A stretch of 63,572 bases of DNA, filler included, from Thraustochytrium aureum (Eukaryota), in the NCBI GenBank assembly GCA_012862495.1. It is 4 parts of 4 records of this genome, joined end to end, with 100 filler letters (N's around TTAATTAATTAA, not from the genome) between each part and the next. Parts side by side here need not be neighbours in the genome. Positions count along the whole stretch, not along the records: positions 21,633 to 47,045 come from BLSG01000221.1; positions 47,146 to 61,644 come from BLSG01000223.1; 2 more parts are not named here. One strand, given 5' to 3'. A program made the translations under genes and the position numbers. The notes below the pieces were generated by a model. That model was not told where the DNA came from. It saw only the letters and a program-made list of their open reading frames with translations, and did no database searches. Shown piece after piece: positions 46,177 to 58,028 of this stretch (within the stretch, counting starts at the first letter, position 1; each line of letters begins with the position of its first letter).

Positions 46177-47045
46177 ATGTCCGAAGCTCCTCCAGTCCCG
46201 CATCTCTACTCGTCGTTGGCTGCAGACGACTCTCCGAACGGGGCACGACTTACTCGCGCGCGAATCTCTGCCGCAGCTTTGCAAACCTTGGGCCATCGGC
46301 CTGGACGCACGCCCTCCTACACCATCGTCATCAATCGGCCTGGGCCTGCCTTCCCCGCGATGGCCCAAGCCGTGAACACGACAACGGTGACCATGGCAGA
46401 CCTCGAGGCTCTGGAGCTGCGCCTGACGCGAAACGACTCGATAATGTGGATCCTTCTGAACGTATTCAACATCCTTTCGATGCAAACTGGGTTCGCCCTC
46501 CTTGAGGCTGGCGGGGTCCGGAAAAAGCATCAAAAAAGCATCCTGACGAAAAACCTCATGGACGCCTGCTTTGGCGTGGTCGCCTGGTGCTTCCTCGGAC
46601 ACGGGCTCTCAACCGGTGATCCGACGAAGAGCATTTTTGGAAAGCTCGATGTGGACGACTTTGTATCGTTTATGCTCGGGTACGCCTTTGCTGTGACCAC
46701 AGCCACGATCATGTCGGGCGCGGTGGCAGCTCGAATGACACTCAAGGTATACCTGATTTCGACCGTGGCGCTCGTTGGCCTCTACTACCCCCTCGTTGCC
46801 TATGTGGTGTGGGGCGGCGGCTTTCTCACAGGTGCCTACGTCGACTTTGCGGGCGGCATGGTCGTGCACGGCATGGGCGGGGTTGTCGCTTTTGCGGGCG
46901 CCTACTTTTGCGGCCCGCGCGTGGGCCGCTTCGAAGACATCCTGGACCAGGGCTCACTTGGTTCGCAAGAGCTCATTCCAATATCGGCTTCAGGGGTGAA
47001 CGAGATCCCCGGCGCGAGCATCTCGTTGCAAGTGCTTGGGACTAT
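46177..47045 (+). CDS. AMT: Ammonium transporter (Amt/Mep), N-terminal half, truncated at scaffold end
   Basis: MQTGFALLEAGGVR, KNLMD, FAVTTATIMSGAVA, DFAGGMVVHGMGG and GPRVGRF. The start could be 46360. Confidence 0.93.
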
Positions 47046-47145
47046 NNNNNNNNNNNNNNNNNNNNNNNNNNNNNNNNNNNNNNNNNNNNTTAATTAATTA
47101 ANNNNNNNNNNNNNNNNNNNNNNNNNNNNNNNNNNNNNNNNNNNN
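47046..47145. other. Artificial scaffold-joining spacer
   Basis: N44-TTAATTAATTAA-N44. Confidence 0.97.
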
Positions 47146-47765
47146 TTGAGAATTGAATTGAATTGGTTGATTGGACGCAACGTGCTCTCGAGTTGAAGAT
47201 GCTCTCGAGTTGACGAGCCGATGGCCGGCCGGGCGCCCGCCAACGCTCCACAGTCGTTCGATAAGGCTCGCCAATCAGTGCGGCGCTGCCGTGTTGCTGC
47301 CCGACGAGCTGACAGCGCCCGGCAGCGCGGCCGCCGAGCGAGCGAGCGAGGTAGGAATGGGGCTCGGGACGACGTTTTGCCTCGTTCAACCGCTCTGAGC
47401 CTTGTTGGAAGAAGCGAGGAGCGCTGCTCGAGTTGAGAGACGGGGTAGCAGGTACTGGTGCTGCTCGTGAAGCAAACAAAACATGGCGCTGGGGAGTGCA
47501 GTGTGCTCCGCAGAATGACCGCGTCGGTCGCGGGTCCGAGCGCTGAGCGTGTGCTTGCCTGCGCGAGCCGTGCAAAACGATGTGCGTTGCAAGGCGCATG
47601 GAATGGCCGTTTGGTGCGGCACTGGGCGCTGCGAGCTCGACAGAGCCGAGCAAGCCGCGGGGCCGGCCAGCTCGGCCTTGGTGGTGCGGCGAGCTGAACT
47701 GGCTCTCTCCCGGAGTTGTAAATGCCGTTGGCAGGTTTTCGAGCCGTCGAATCCGCGAAGGCTAG

Positions 47766-47839
47766 AGCACGTGGCCGGGAGCCTCTATTAGCACGTGGCC
47801 GGCCGAGCCTCTGTGAGCACGTGGCCGGCCGAGCTTCTG
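47766..47839. repeat. Three tandem 24-26-bp units, each containing CACGTGGC (G-box/E-box)
   Basis: agcacgtggccgg(cc)gagc(c/t)tct x3, with CACGTG at 47768, 47792 and 47818. Confidence 0.75.
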
Positions 47840-48326
47840 CGGCTGGCTCGCTGGCTGGCGTTGGTCCCCTGCTGTCCGTCGGCGGCCCACCTGATAGTCG
47901 TTCGGAATTCCCGAGCAGCGTCACAGCGGGGCAGAAGGCCGCCTCTCGGCCGCGCACCACCAACGTTCTCGTGGACGAGACCACAAATCGCTGACCGGGA
48001 CCCGCTCGGCGGCCGTATTCGTCGGGTGTGTTTCTCCGGATCTGCTTTTCCAGGAAGCAAGGAGATATCGCGCGCTTCCGCGGCATATCCACGCCTTGTG
48101 CTCATGTTGCCGTGCCCGACACTGCCAGCGCCGAGCCAGCCCAGGGGCGCGGCCACGTCAGCTCCATGTATTTGGGGCCGCCACAGGAGGGCGGTGTGTC
48201 AGCTTTGCTGGCCGATCGCTACTGACTTGTCGATTCCGAAACTCGGCCCACCCGTGCAAAAAGGCCGAGCCCCACTCGAGCTCCAACGAAGCCTCGCCGC
48301 GCGCCGACCAGCCCCGACGGCACGGC

Positions 48327-51300
48327 ATGCCACCCTTGACGGCGACAGGCGCAACGAAGCCAGCAGTTGCCAGCGCCGAGGCCGCCGTTCTCTCGCACGT
48401 TGGCCGAACGATGTCCACGTGCCCGCTTGCCCCCCAGAGCAGGTCGAGTCCGCCCAGGCGGTCGTCGCTGTCCATGCACGAACAGCCCAAGCGGCGACGA
48501 GCAGGTCACGCCCAGGCCGCCGCTCGTACGTTACCGGCCTCCTCACGCCTTTTTCTTGAGGCAGTACTCGAGCACGAAAGTCCCAACTCGCCACCCTCGA
48601 GCTCGCCGCCAATGTCAGCAGTGTTCGACCTGACCTCGCAGGCGGACTGGACGCGGGCTAAGCGACGGCTCCGGCGCTGCGCGAGGCCGAGCGCTGCTCC
48701 TCGCCAGCAGGGGCTGCGCGAGCGCTGGGCCTCCCAACCGGGACGGCGGAGGAGCAGTTTGCAGTTGGAATGGCGCCGCCGGCGCCGCTCGCCGCCGCGT
48801 GGGGAGCGCAGCGAACTGCGCGCGTGGGCGCGGAGCTGCAGACTACTCTCGCCTGTGTTCACGGCGCGAGACCTGGAAGACACGCTGCGAGCGGCGCAAG
48901 GCGCGAGTTGCGAGGACGATGTCAAGGCCAAAGTCGACTGCGCGCGCGTTTCCNNNNNNNNNNNNNNNNNNNNNNNNNNNNNNNNNNNNNNNNNNNNNNN
49001 NNNNNNNNNNNNNNNNNNNNNNNNNNNNNNNNNNNNNNNNNNNNNNNNNNNNNNNNNNNNNNNNNNNNNNNNNNNNNNNNNNNNNNNNNNNNNNNNNNNN
49101 NNNNNNNNNNNNNNNNNNNNNNNNNNNNNNNNNNNNNNNNNNNNNNNNNNNNNNNNNNNNNNNNNNNNNNNNNNNNNNNNNNNNNNNNNNNNNNNNNNNN
49201 NNNNNNNNNNNNNNNNNNNNNNNNNNNNNNNNNNNNNNNNNNNNNNNNNNNNNNNNNNNNNNNNNNNNNNNNNNNNNNNNNNNNNNNNNNNNNNNNNNNN
49301 NNNNNNNNNNNNNNNNNNNNNNNNNNNNNNNNNNNNNNNNNNNNNNNNNNNNNNNNNNNNNNNNNNNNNNNNNNNNNNNNNNNNNNNNNNNNNNNNNNNN
49401 NNNNNNNNNNNNNNNNNNNNNNNNNNNNNNNNNNNNNNNNNNNNNNNNNNNNNNNNNNNNNNNNNNNNNNNNNNNNNNNNNNNNNNNNNNNNNNNNNNNN
49501 NNNNNNNNNNNNNNNNNNNNNNNNNNNNNNNNNNNNNNNNNNNNNNNNNNNNNNNNNNNNNNNNNNNNNNNNNNNNNNNNNNNNNNNNNNNNNNNNNNNN
49601 NNNNNNNNNNNNNNNNNNNNNNNNNNNNNNNNNNNNNNNNNNNNNNNNNNNNNNNNNNNNNNNNNNNNNNNNNNNNNNNNNNNNNNNNNNNATTCCCGCG
49701 CAGCCCGAGTTGGCAAGTTGGCTCGTAGAGCAGTGCCTGTCGCGCTGGCCGCGACCAGAGGGCGGGCCTGCGAACGTGCTTGTGGCCGCCCAATTCCTGG
49801 TGCGCCTTGCAGACGGCGGTGCGCACCCATGCGCCTGCGCCGTGGCAGACGCCCTTGCGGCCCACGCCGCGCTCAAGGGCACGGTTTGCGCGAGGCTGGC
49901 GTCTGCGATGCTCGAGTCGGGACACGATGCAGAGGACAGAACGGTCGCGGCGCTCTGCCTCGGCGCCGCGATACGGTCAAGCGACTGCTCCCCTTTCCTC
50001 GCCGCTGCTGCTGCGCGCGAGCTGGAGCGAACGTTAGAGAGTGGCTCTGTGGACCTGCGCGTCTGCGCGTGGGCGATGCGCGCGTGCGGCCGGCCGGGCA
50101 TTTGCAGGCTCTTGCGCATCGTGTCGGCGTCACGGTCTTCACCACGCTTCTCGGCAAAGGCGCGCGAATTCGCCTGTTGGGCGCTAGCCTTGGGCAGGCG
50201 CGACCTCGAAACCCCAACAATTGTGCTCCGTGCGCAGCGGCGCGGTGTCGGCGCGCTCCCCTCGTACCAGGTGTACCTCGAGCGCGCTGGGCGCGTGTCA
50301 CGGCTTGCACGGTGCGATGGCGTCCGGCTCGGCAACATGGGCAACCCGCAGCGCTTGCTAGTATTTGCTGCAGTGGAGGAAGTCCTTGATCGCGTCAGGA
50401 GCGCTGTTCACGGGATCTGCCGGGCATGCCGCGACTGGTGCACGCGGACTGATCGCGGCGCCGAGGGCGCTGCGCCATGGCTCTTGGGGGCGTCGGCAAG
50501 CTGCAGGTGTTTAATGTCAGATTCCGCCGACGCCGAGCCTCTGGCTGGCCCAGAGCTGGATGCGCTGCAAGACCCGGCGCTCTTCCCGCGCTCGGCCGGC
50601 GCCCTTGCAAAGGCAGTGAGCTGCGACCCGGAGCCCGATGTTTGCCAGAGCGCCGCGCTTAGCCTCGGCCGGCTGCTTGGGCGGGCGAGGTCGCACGAGT
50701 TTTTGTTCCAGAAAGCTATCCTNNNNNNNNNNNNNNNNNNNNNNNNNNNNNNNNNNNNNNNNNNNNNNNNNNNNNNNNNNNNNNNNNNNNNNNNNNNNNN
50801 NNNNNNNNNNNNNNNNNNNNNNNNNNNNNNNNNNNNNNNNNNNNNNNNNNNNNNNNNNNNNNNNNNNNNNNNNNNNNNNNNNNNNNNNNNNNNNNNNNNN
50901 NNNNNNNNNNNNNNNNNNNNNNNNNNNNNNNNNNNNNNNNNNNNNNNNNNNNNNNNNNNNNNNNNNNNTACCAGGGCGAGCTCGGGGCCTTTCGGTTCGT
51001 CGATGCAACGATTGGGCTTGCTGAACGGGCGTTGCGTGAGGACCGCATTTGGAAGGTGCGCCTCGAGGCCGTGATCTGCCTGGGCAAGTTTGGCGGCCTG
51101 GGCGCAGACCGCGCCGCGCCCGCCGTTGAGGACGCGATGCGCCGAGGCACAATGCGGCACCGAGCTGCCGGCGCAGCTCTTGCCAACATGGGGCAGGCCG
51201 GCCTCGAAGCCCTAGTCGACCTCGTACGCGCTGGCGCGCGCCAGGGTCCAGCAGGGCCAAGTTGCCGCTCTCGCGTCGCCGCGGCCCAGGGGCTGGGCTG

Positions 51301-51907
51301 CCTCGGAGGTACGCGGCACGCAGAACGGCTCAGGCGCGCAGTTGCCGCCCTCTACGCAGGCGCCACGCAGTGCGTTGGGCCAGTCCGCGCCGAAAGCGTT
51401 GCGGCGCTCGGCAAGGTCGCTCGTGGCGCTCGCGCGTCTGGACTTGCCGAGGCGGTGCCAAAGCTTTCGGAGCGCACCCTGGAGCCGTTCTTGCTGGGAG
51501 CGCTGGGCGATTCTAGCCTTGGCTGTGCCCGCGCTGCTGCCGAGGCTCTTGCCGGCCTGCAGCCAGGCGGCGAGCTGCTGCTTGTGCAAAGTCTGCACGA
51601 CCCTTCGCAACGTGCGAGGGTCGCTGCGCTCCACGGCCTCGGCTGCTGCGGCCCCAGTGCATTGCGCCTCGTGCTCTCGCACGCGGTCCGCGACGAGGTT
51701 GGCAAAGAGGAGCTGGACGCCGCGTGCCAGGCCATCGAGCTCGGAATGGGTCGGCAGGCCGTGGAAGCCCACGTTGCCGGCCTTGACGAAGCGCAGAGGC
51801 AGCTCGTTCGGGGCCTTGTGCTTCGTTTGGGTGCGAGGACGCGAAGGTTTGAGTTGCAGGGAGCGCTCCAGGGCGCGCTGGACTTGGCGGGCCCGCTCTC
51901 TAGCTAG
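48327..51907 (+). CDS. HEAT/PBS-lyase-like repeat protein (two gaps, frameshift near 51030; start uncertain)
   Basis: Repeats such as DPEPDVCQSAALSLGRL, WKVRLEAVICLGKF, VRAESVAALGKV, LGALGDSSLGCARAAAEALA and LHDPSQRARVAALHGLG. Confidence 0.7.
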
Positions 51908-52195
51908 CTAGCTCTGGAGAGAGAGACCAATTCCACTTGCGCTAGTCGGGAGCAACCGCTCGTCGCCTCATTCGATGCGGTTGGTTTCCGCGCTGCGATC
52001 CGCGTCGACGCTGGGAACGTCGGTTCAGAAAAGAAAGAAATGTAAGGGGAAAAAAATCGTTGATCTGATTAGTCTCGGCGCAAACGCCTGCGCGCCGTCC
52101 CTCGGAGGGCGCCTCGCACGCCCCGTGGCAGGCCGCTGCAGCAGCACTTGTCACGCTCAAGACGGGCTGGTGCACCGCGAGTGCTGGCGAGACGC

Positions 52196-54763
52196 TTAGA
52201 GGCGGTCCAGGTACCGGTCGAGCGGCGGGATCTCCTCGCTGAGGCCCTTGCGCTTGCGGATGGCGAGCACGACTTCGTTGCACTTGGTGCCCGGGGTGAG
52301 CGGGTCGGTGTTGAGCTTCTCCCAGTGGTCGAACGAGCACTGGGGGAAGGCCTTGCCGCCGGTGGCCGCACGGAGGGCCGAAGTAAAGCCGAACGACTCG
52401 GAGACGGGCAGGTAGGCCTTGAGCTGCACGATGGGCGAGCCAGGGCGCATCTCCTCGGCGAACACGTGGCCGCGGCGGGTGGTGAGCACGCCGTAAATGC
52501 CACCAGTGGCGTCCTGCGGGCACGAGATATCAGCGAGGTAGATCGGCTCGAGCAGGGTGGGCGAGGCGAGGAGCATGCCGGCGTAGAAGACGCGGCGAGC
52601 GACGGGCAGAATCTGGCCGGCACCACGGTGAATGGCATCGGCGTGAAGCGTAACGTCAATGACGCGGAGGATGACGCCGCGGCAGACCTCCTCGGACATG
52701 GGGCCCTCCTTGGTAGCCCACTGGAAGCCCGAGTTGACGTGGTCCTTGATCTCGTTGAGGTACTGCACACCCTTCGAGGCATCGAGGAGGAAGTTCGGGC
52801 CGGTGCCCTCGGGGCCGAAAGCCCAGATCTTGCGGGCCTCGCCGACGTCCATGCCAAAGTCATCGGCAAGGAGGCGGGCGCGGGCCTTGAACTCGTCGCG
52901 CGGGTTGATCTTGCCGTCCTCGATGGCGAGATCCACACCCTCGGGGAGCGGGGCGCACTTGCAGAACAGGCGGTTGTGCTTGTTGGCGGACTTGGAGAGA
53001 GCCATCTGGGACGACTCCTCGGTGACAGTCTCGCGGTAAGACACGACGGGGTCGGAGATCTTGATGGGAGCACCGCCCATAAAGTCGTCCTGGAGGTCCT
53101 TGAGGCAGATCTCGAGGTGGAGCTCACCAGCACCGGCGATAATGTGCTCGCCAGACTCCTCGGTCATGCAGAGCACGAGCGGGTCCGACTTGGAGAGGCG
53201 CTTGAGGCCCTCGACAAGCTTGGGGAGGTCCTGGGGGTTCTTGACCTCGACGGCGACGCGCACAACGGGGGACACCGAGTACTTCATCTGGCGGAACGAG
53301 TGCGACGACTCGATGGTGGTGATCGTGCCGGTCTTGAGCAGGTACTGGTCGATGCCGACGAGGCAGACGTTGTTACCGGCGGGCACGTCAGCGACCTGCT
53401 CGACGTAGCGGCCCATCTGGATGAGGGTGCGCTGGATCGACTTGATGTTGAGGTCTTTCTTGCCACCGGGCTCGTAGTTCGGGCCGTAAATGCGGACCTT
53501 CTGGCCGGTCTGGATGGTACCAGCAAACACGCGGCCAAAGGCGTAGAAGCGGCCCTTGTCCGAGGTGGGGACCATCTTGCTCACAAACATCATGAGCGGG
53601 GTGGTCTGGTCGCACGCGGCGATCGCCTGGGCCGCCTCGTCATCGAGGGGGCCGTCGTAGAGCACGGCACGCGGTACTTTTGCGCGCGGGCCGGCGAGGG
53701 CAGGTGCATGACCATCATCTCGAGGATCGCGTCGGCGGCCGGGAGCCACTTTTGCATGACCGGCTTGATGAGGGGCTTGCCGCGGAGCTCGAGGTCCTCC
53801 TTCTTGAGGTTGATGTCGAGGGCCTTGAGCATCTTTTGCACCTTCTTGTCCTTCTCGTCCATGATGGCGCTGCAGAGCTGCTGGATTGGGTCCAGGATGA
53901 ACTGCACGAAGGCGCGCTTGAGCCCGTTGGCGATGTTGGTGTGCGGGTTGCCCTTCTTCCACTTCTTCGACTTGGAGTCGAGGAAGTAGTCGCCCCACAG
54001 GCGGCGCATCATGTCCTGCGGCTTGATGCCGAACTTGTCGGCGTACATGACGGCGAACTTCTTGAGGGTGAAGCCCCACTGCTGGAGGCCCGACCCGAAG
54101 GCGACCGTGCCGATGGCGGGGTCGACCTGGACGGGGCCAAGGCCGCCCTCGGCGAGCTCCTTGGCGGGGTCCTCGGCCTCGTAGGGCGAGACGACCACGT
54201 TGACCGACTCTACAGCCTTGCGAAAGTTCTGGTAGGCCTCCTCGGAGTCCATCTTGAGCTCCAGGAAGGCGCGGTCGAGCTTGTTGACCATCAGCACGGG
54301 CTTGATCTTCTCACCCATGGCCTGGCGGAGCACGGTCTCGGTCTGCACGCACACACCTTCGATGCAGTCGACGACGACGAGGGCGCCGTCGGTGATGCGG
54401 AGCGCGGCGGTCACCTCGCTCGAAAAGTCGACGTGCCCGGGCGAGTCGATCAGGTTGATCATGTAGTTGATGTTGCCCTTCTCCGGGTCCTCCTTGATCT
54501 CCCCGGGCTCCTCGACCACCTCGACGGCGCCTTCGCCCCAGTATTGGGTCTTGTCGTACTTGAAGAACATCGAGATACCGGTGGACTTGATCGTCACACC
54601 GCGCTCCTGCTCGTCCTCGCGGGTGTCGGTGAACCGCGCATCGCCGGCGTTCTTCGCCGAGATAATCCCGGCCTTGGACACCAGCGAGTCGGTCAGGGTC
54701 GACTTGCCGTGGTCGACTGGGCAATCACAGACATGCTGCGAATGTTGTCGGGTAGCCCATCAT
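52196..54763 (-). CDS. EEF2: Eukaryotic translation elongation factor 2 (5' end in gap; frameshifts near 54750, 54720 and 53665)
   Basis: NIRSMSVIA(H)[61 protein letters not shown], the diphthamide loop [10 protein letters not shown] and FPQCSFDHW. Confidence 0.98.
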
Positions 54764-55157
54764 NNNNNNNNNNNNNNNNNNNNNNNNNNNNNNNNNNNNN
54801 NNNNNNNNNNNNNNNNNNNNNNNNNNNNNNNNNNNNNNNNNNNNNNNNNNNNNNNNNNNNNNNNNNNNNNNNNNNNNNNNNNNNNNNNNNNNNNNNNNNN
54901 NNNNNNNNNNNNNNNNNNNNNNNNNNNNNNNNNNNNNNNNNNNNNNNNNNNNNNNNNNNNNNNNNNNNNNNNNNNNNNNNNNNNNNNNNNNNNNNNNNNN
55001 NNNNNNNNNNNNNNNNNNNNNNNNNNNNNNNNNNNNNNNNNNNNNNNNNNNNNNNNNNNNNNNNNNNNNNNNNNNNGCTGCTTTGCGGCGAGGCGCTCAC
55101 GGAAGGGAGGTGGATTTCGCGCGTTTTACTCAAGGGTCGCGCGGTTTTGCGCAAGCC

Positions 55158-55300
55158 TTTGTTTTCTTTGTTTTACTTATTTTTATTTAGTTTTTATTTT
55201 TTTTTTTTTGTTTTTTTTTTTTTCTTTTAGTTTAGCTGTTTGTATGATTTTGTTGTTTTTTTTTTTGCTTTTCTTCTCGCTCTTCCTCTTCTTTGGTATC
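55158..55300. repeat. Poly-T low-complexity tract upstream of EEF2
   Basis: Near-continuous T runs in an otherwise GC-rich sequence. A similar tract lies at 43255-43325. Confidence 0.8.
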
Positions 55301-56079
55301 TTTGTACGACGGTCGGTCTTGGAGGGCCATGCACAATGGAATCCACGGCGGTTGTGAGCGCGTGGCAGACCGCCCTCTGCTATGTTCCAGGGGTTTGCAG
55401 GATGGATTTCTTTCAAGTTCTCCTGTCGCCGTGGGGTTGTGAAGGAGCTTGGATGTTCGATTTGACGTCTGTGCACGTTGTTCGTGTTTTTCCCTCCTCT
55501 CCTGCTCCTGAGGCAGGCGGTGGCGGGAGCCTCACAAAGCGGGCCAGCGCCTCTGCGACGACTGTGGTGGCGGCGAGGCACAGGCCGCGCGACTAGTCCG
55601 CCTTAAACCCAGCAAACCCCCTCACGAGACCGCCCACTCGGGCCACCCTGCAGTAAGGCGGACCTTGCTTGGTGGGGCATCTGGCGATCATCTCCGAAAC
55701 GACGGCTACACAAGCCACCACAGACGGAGATATACGGCCTCCACCTTGTTACATAATCGCTATTAAAACTGGGCTAGCAACGCAACCTGGAGCGGATTCT
55801 CCTGGGGCTAAAAGTGCAGACGACCACTTTCTACGGGTCAGTCGAGGCGCACCGGCCGCCCGCGGGTAATCCATGGCGCCAAGAATCTCGCGTCCAGTCA
55901 TTCTGCACCTCACAACGGCCACAAGTAAACAACAACGCCCCAGGGCGCCCCTCCCTATCCGCGCCGAATCTCCCTCCTGTGAGGCCCGGTCCCAACCCTA
56001 GCCCTGCCCCTCTATAGAGTAGTTTACCCTCTATTTATTCCTCCAACGAATTATTCGCGTACTTAAAGGGCTCTGCCCT

Positions 56080-56183
56080 CTATCGTGTTCCCTGTGATCG
56101 GCGGATTAGGTTATAGCGGAGCCGCCTATGTGACATAGCGGGGCTTACCTATCGTGTTCCCTATGTTCGGTGGTTTAGGTTAT
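56080..56183. repeat. Imperfect 35-bp direct repeat pair separated by a 34-bp hairpin-containing spacer
   Basis: ctatcgtgttccctgtgatcggcggattaggttat (56080-56114) vs ctatcgtgttccctatgttcggtggtttaggttat (56149-56183), with 4 mismatches. Confidence 0.8.
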
Positions 56184-56834
56184 TGAGCCACGTAAGTCAC
56201 CTTGCCAATGTATTTTAAAAATGCGGGGTGGAACACGTATAGAGGGTCAGGCGTGCGGTAGATCCGTTAGAGGCGCTGCGCTCGCGCCTGCGTTTTTGGC
56301 TGACTCGCTCGCTGGGGGCCGCCGCGCGCGTCGCGGTGGGGCATCGGGAGGCTCTGCGACGCGCCGGCCTTGGCCGTTTCCGCCGTTTCGCCCAGCGGTC
56401 GGGTTCCGCGCAAGGTCGGCGGTTTTGGTCGATGTTCCGCGATCACGCGCCCGCTGCTCCAGCGAATTGGCGCCGCGCATGCAAGCAGAGGAAAGAGGCG
56501 TAGGAGCGGATTGACTGATCGAGTTGACGCACGCCGAATCGACTGATTGCACGCGGAAGCGGCGCGGAGCCGCCAACTGCCACAGAGCGCCATTTGAGGA
56601 CCACGGGCGGCCGTCCGGAAGGGTTGAGAAGGCCCCGGAGCACCTGCACGGGGTTCGGTGAGGGCGTCGGCTGCCCAAGCGAGCGGGCCTCAACGCGAGA
56701 GGGTCGCTTCAAGGCGGTGGTGGGTGTACGGGCGCTTCAAGGCGTCCGTCCGAGAGGCCGGCGGCCGAGCTGAGCCGACGCGCCTAAACCTAAGCTTGCG
56801 CGCGCTCGCGCGCGCCCCCGACCGCACAACAACC

Positions 56835-57599
56835 ATGAGCGAGGACGACAGAGTGGCTCAGGAGATGAGCCTCGTCGCCATCTCGCCAACGTCAAAGGCA
56901 AAGCTAAAGGAGGACGCCAACTCGCTCAACCAAGCGCGCAAGCTTCGCAAACACGCAGAGCACGAGGTCCAGGCCCTGGAGAACCGCATCCTTTTGCTGA
57001 AGAAGGAGGAAGAGCGCGCGAGGCAGCGGATTCTGCAGACCAAAAAACGCGCCGAGGAAATCGTTCGGATGCGCGAGGAAAATCTGCTTCGCAAGCGAGA
57101 ACTCCTCCGCAACCGCGCCGACGTGCACCCCGCGGGGGGCGACCCCAACGTCGTCAAGCAACGCTTCATGGACAAGGAGCTCGCCAAGGCAGCGCGCCGC
57201 AAGTACATCAAGCAAGTTTACGACAAGAAGAAGGAGGACGCGCGCGAGTTCCGCACCGAGAAATTGCACCTAGAGCGCGACCTCACCACGCAGCGCAAGC
57301 AAGCGCAGGAAGAGGCACGGCGCAGGAAACAGGCCATCAAAACCCAGCGCGAGGAGGCCATGCGCAAGGTCCAGAGGGACCGAGAAAAACAGCGCTTGCA
57401 GGCGCGCCTCGAGTACAAGAGGCGGATCGAGTCCGAAAAGCAGGCCATCAAGAGCTTTGAATCCAAAGCGCACGAGCTCGAGACCCTGGAAGCCGAGCTC
57501 ATTGAGCGCCTGCAGCACACACAAAAGGTCCAGAAGAAAGCCTATGACGAGCTCGAGGTGGCGCTCACCTCAGAGCCATCTGTCTCCGGGTTCAGCTGA
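56835..57599 (+). CDS. Charged coiled-coil protein
   Basis: ATG in ACCATG context. E/K/R-rich heptads include LENRILLLKKEEERA and ELIERLQHTQKVQKKAYDELE. Confidence 0.75.
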   Translation: MSEDDRVAQEMSLVAISPTSKAKLKEDANSLNQARKLRKHAEHEVQALENRILLLKKEEERARQRILQTKKRAEEIVRMREENLLRKRELLRNRADVHPAGGDPNVVKQRFMDKELAKAARRKYIKQVYDKKKEDAREFRTEKLHLERDLTTQRKQAQEEARRRKQAIKTQREEAMRKVQRDREKQRLQARLEYKRRIESEKQAIKSFESKAHELETLEAELIERLQHTQKVQKKAYDELEVALTSEPSVSGFS

Positions 57600-58028
57600 C
57601 CAGGGCTAGACTCAAGCGCGCTTCTCTCGTGTGCAGAGCGGCGTGCAATGTTGCCAATGCCCGCGAAGAGCGGCCCGAGCGTTATTTCCCCCTCGCCCTT
57701 TCCGACTCGCGGAGGGAGGGACCTGCGGCTGCGGAAGCGCGTCGGCGTGGTGCCGGATACGTCGAGACGCTGCCCCCACAGAACTCTCTCTCGAGCTCTC
57801 AACTAGCAGAGAGAGACTCTCTAGAGCTAGTAGTCTCCAGAGAGCTTCGCAGATAGGCGAGCTCTTCTCCACAACCTCCACGTTGGTTGCGCTCAATTGA
57901 CTGTGAGGCCAGCTCGGGGCTGCTGGGCATGTCGCGTGCGATTGCCCCAAACCCCCTGGCTAAGCAATTGATTCCCCTGCTCGTTATCGTAGCCAAGCAG
58001 GATCCAACTTGTTCGTATTTCATCAGTT

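Noticed and set aside
52196..54763. Pervasive frameshifts as programmed frameshifting, insertional RNA editing or mass pseudogenisation
   Set aside because: They hit otherwise perfectly conserved eEF2 and IDH, are mostly single missing bases (often in short runs), share no slippery motif and come without in-frame stops. Sequencing or consensus error is the simplest explanation. Read-vs-RNA comparison would settle it.
52148..55230. Long plus-strand ORFs antisense to eEF2 (and similar ones opposite ABCG, Roco and G8 genes)
   Set aside because: These are shadow ORFs caused by high GC3 codon bias and have no recognisable motifs.
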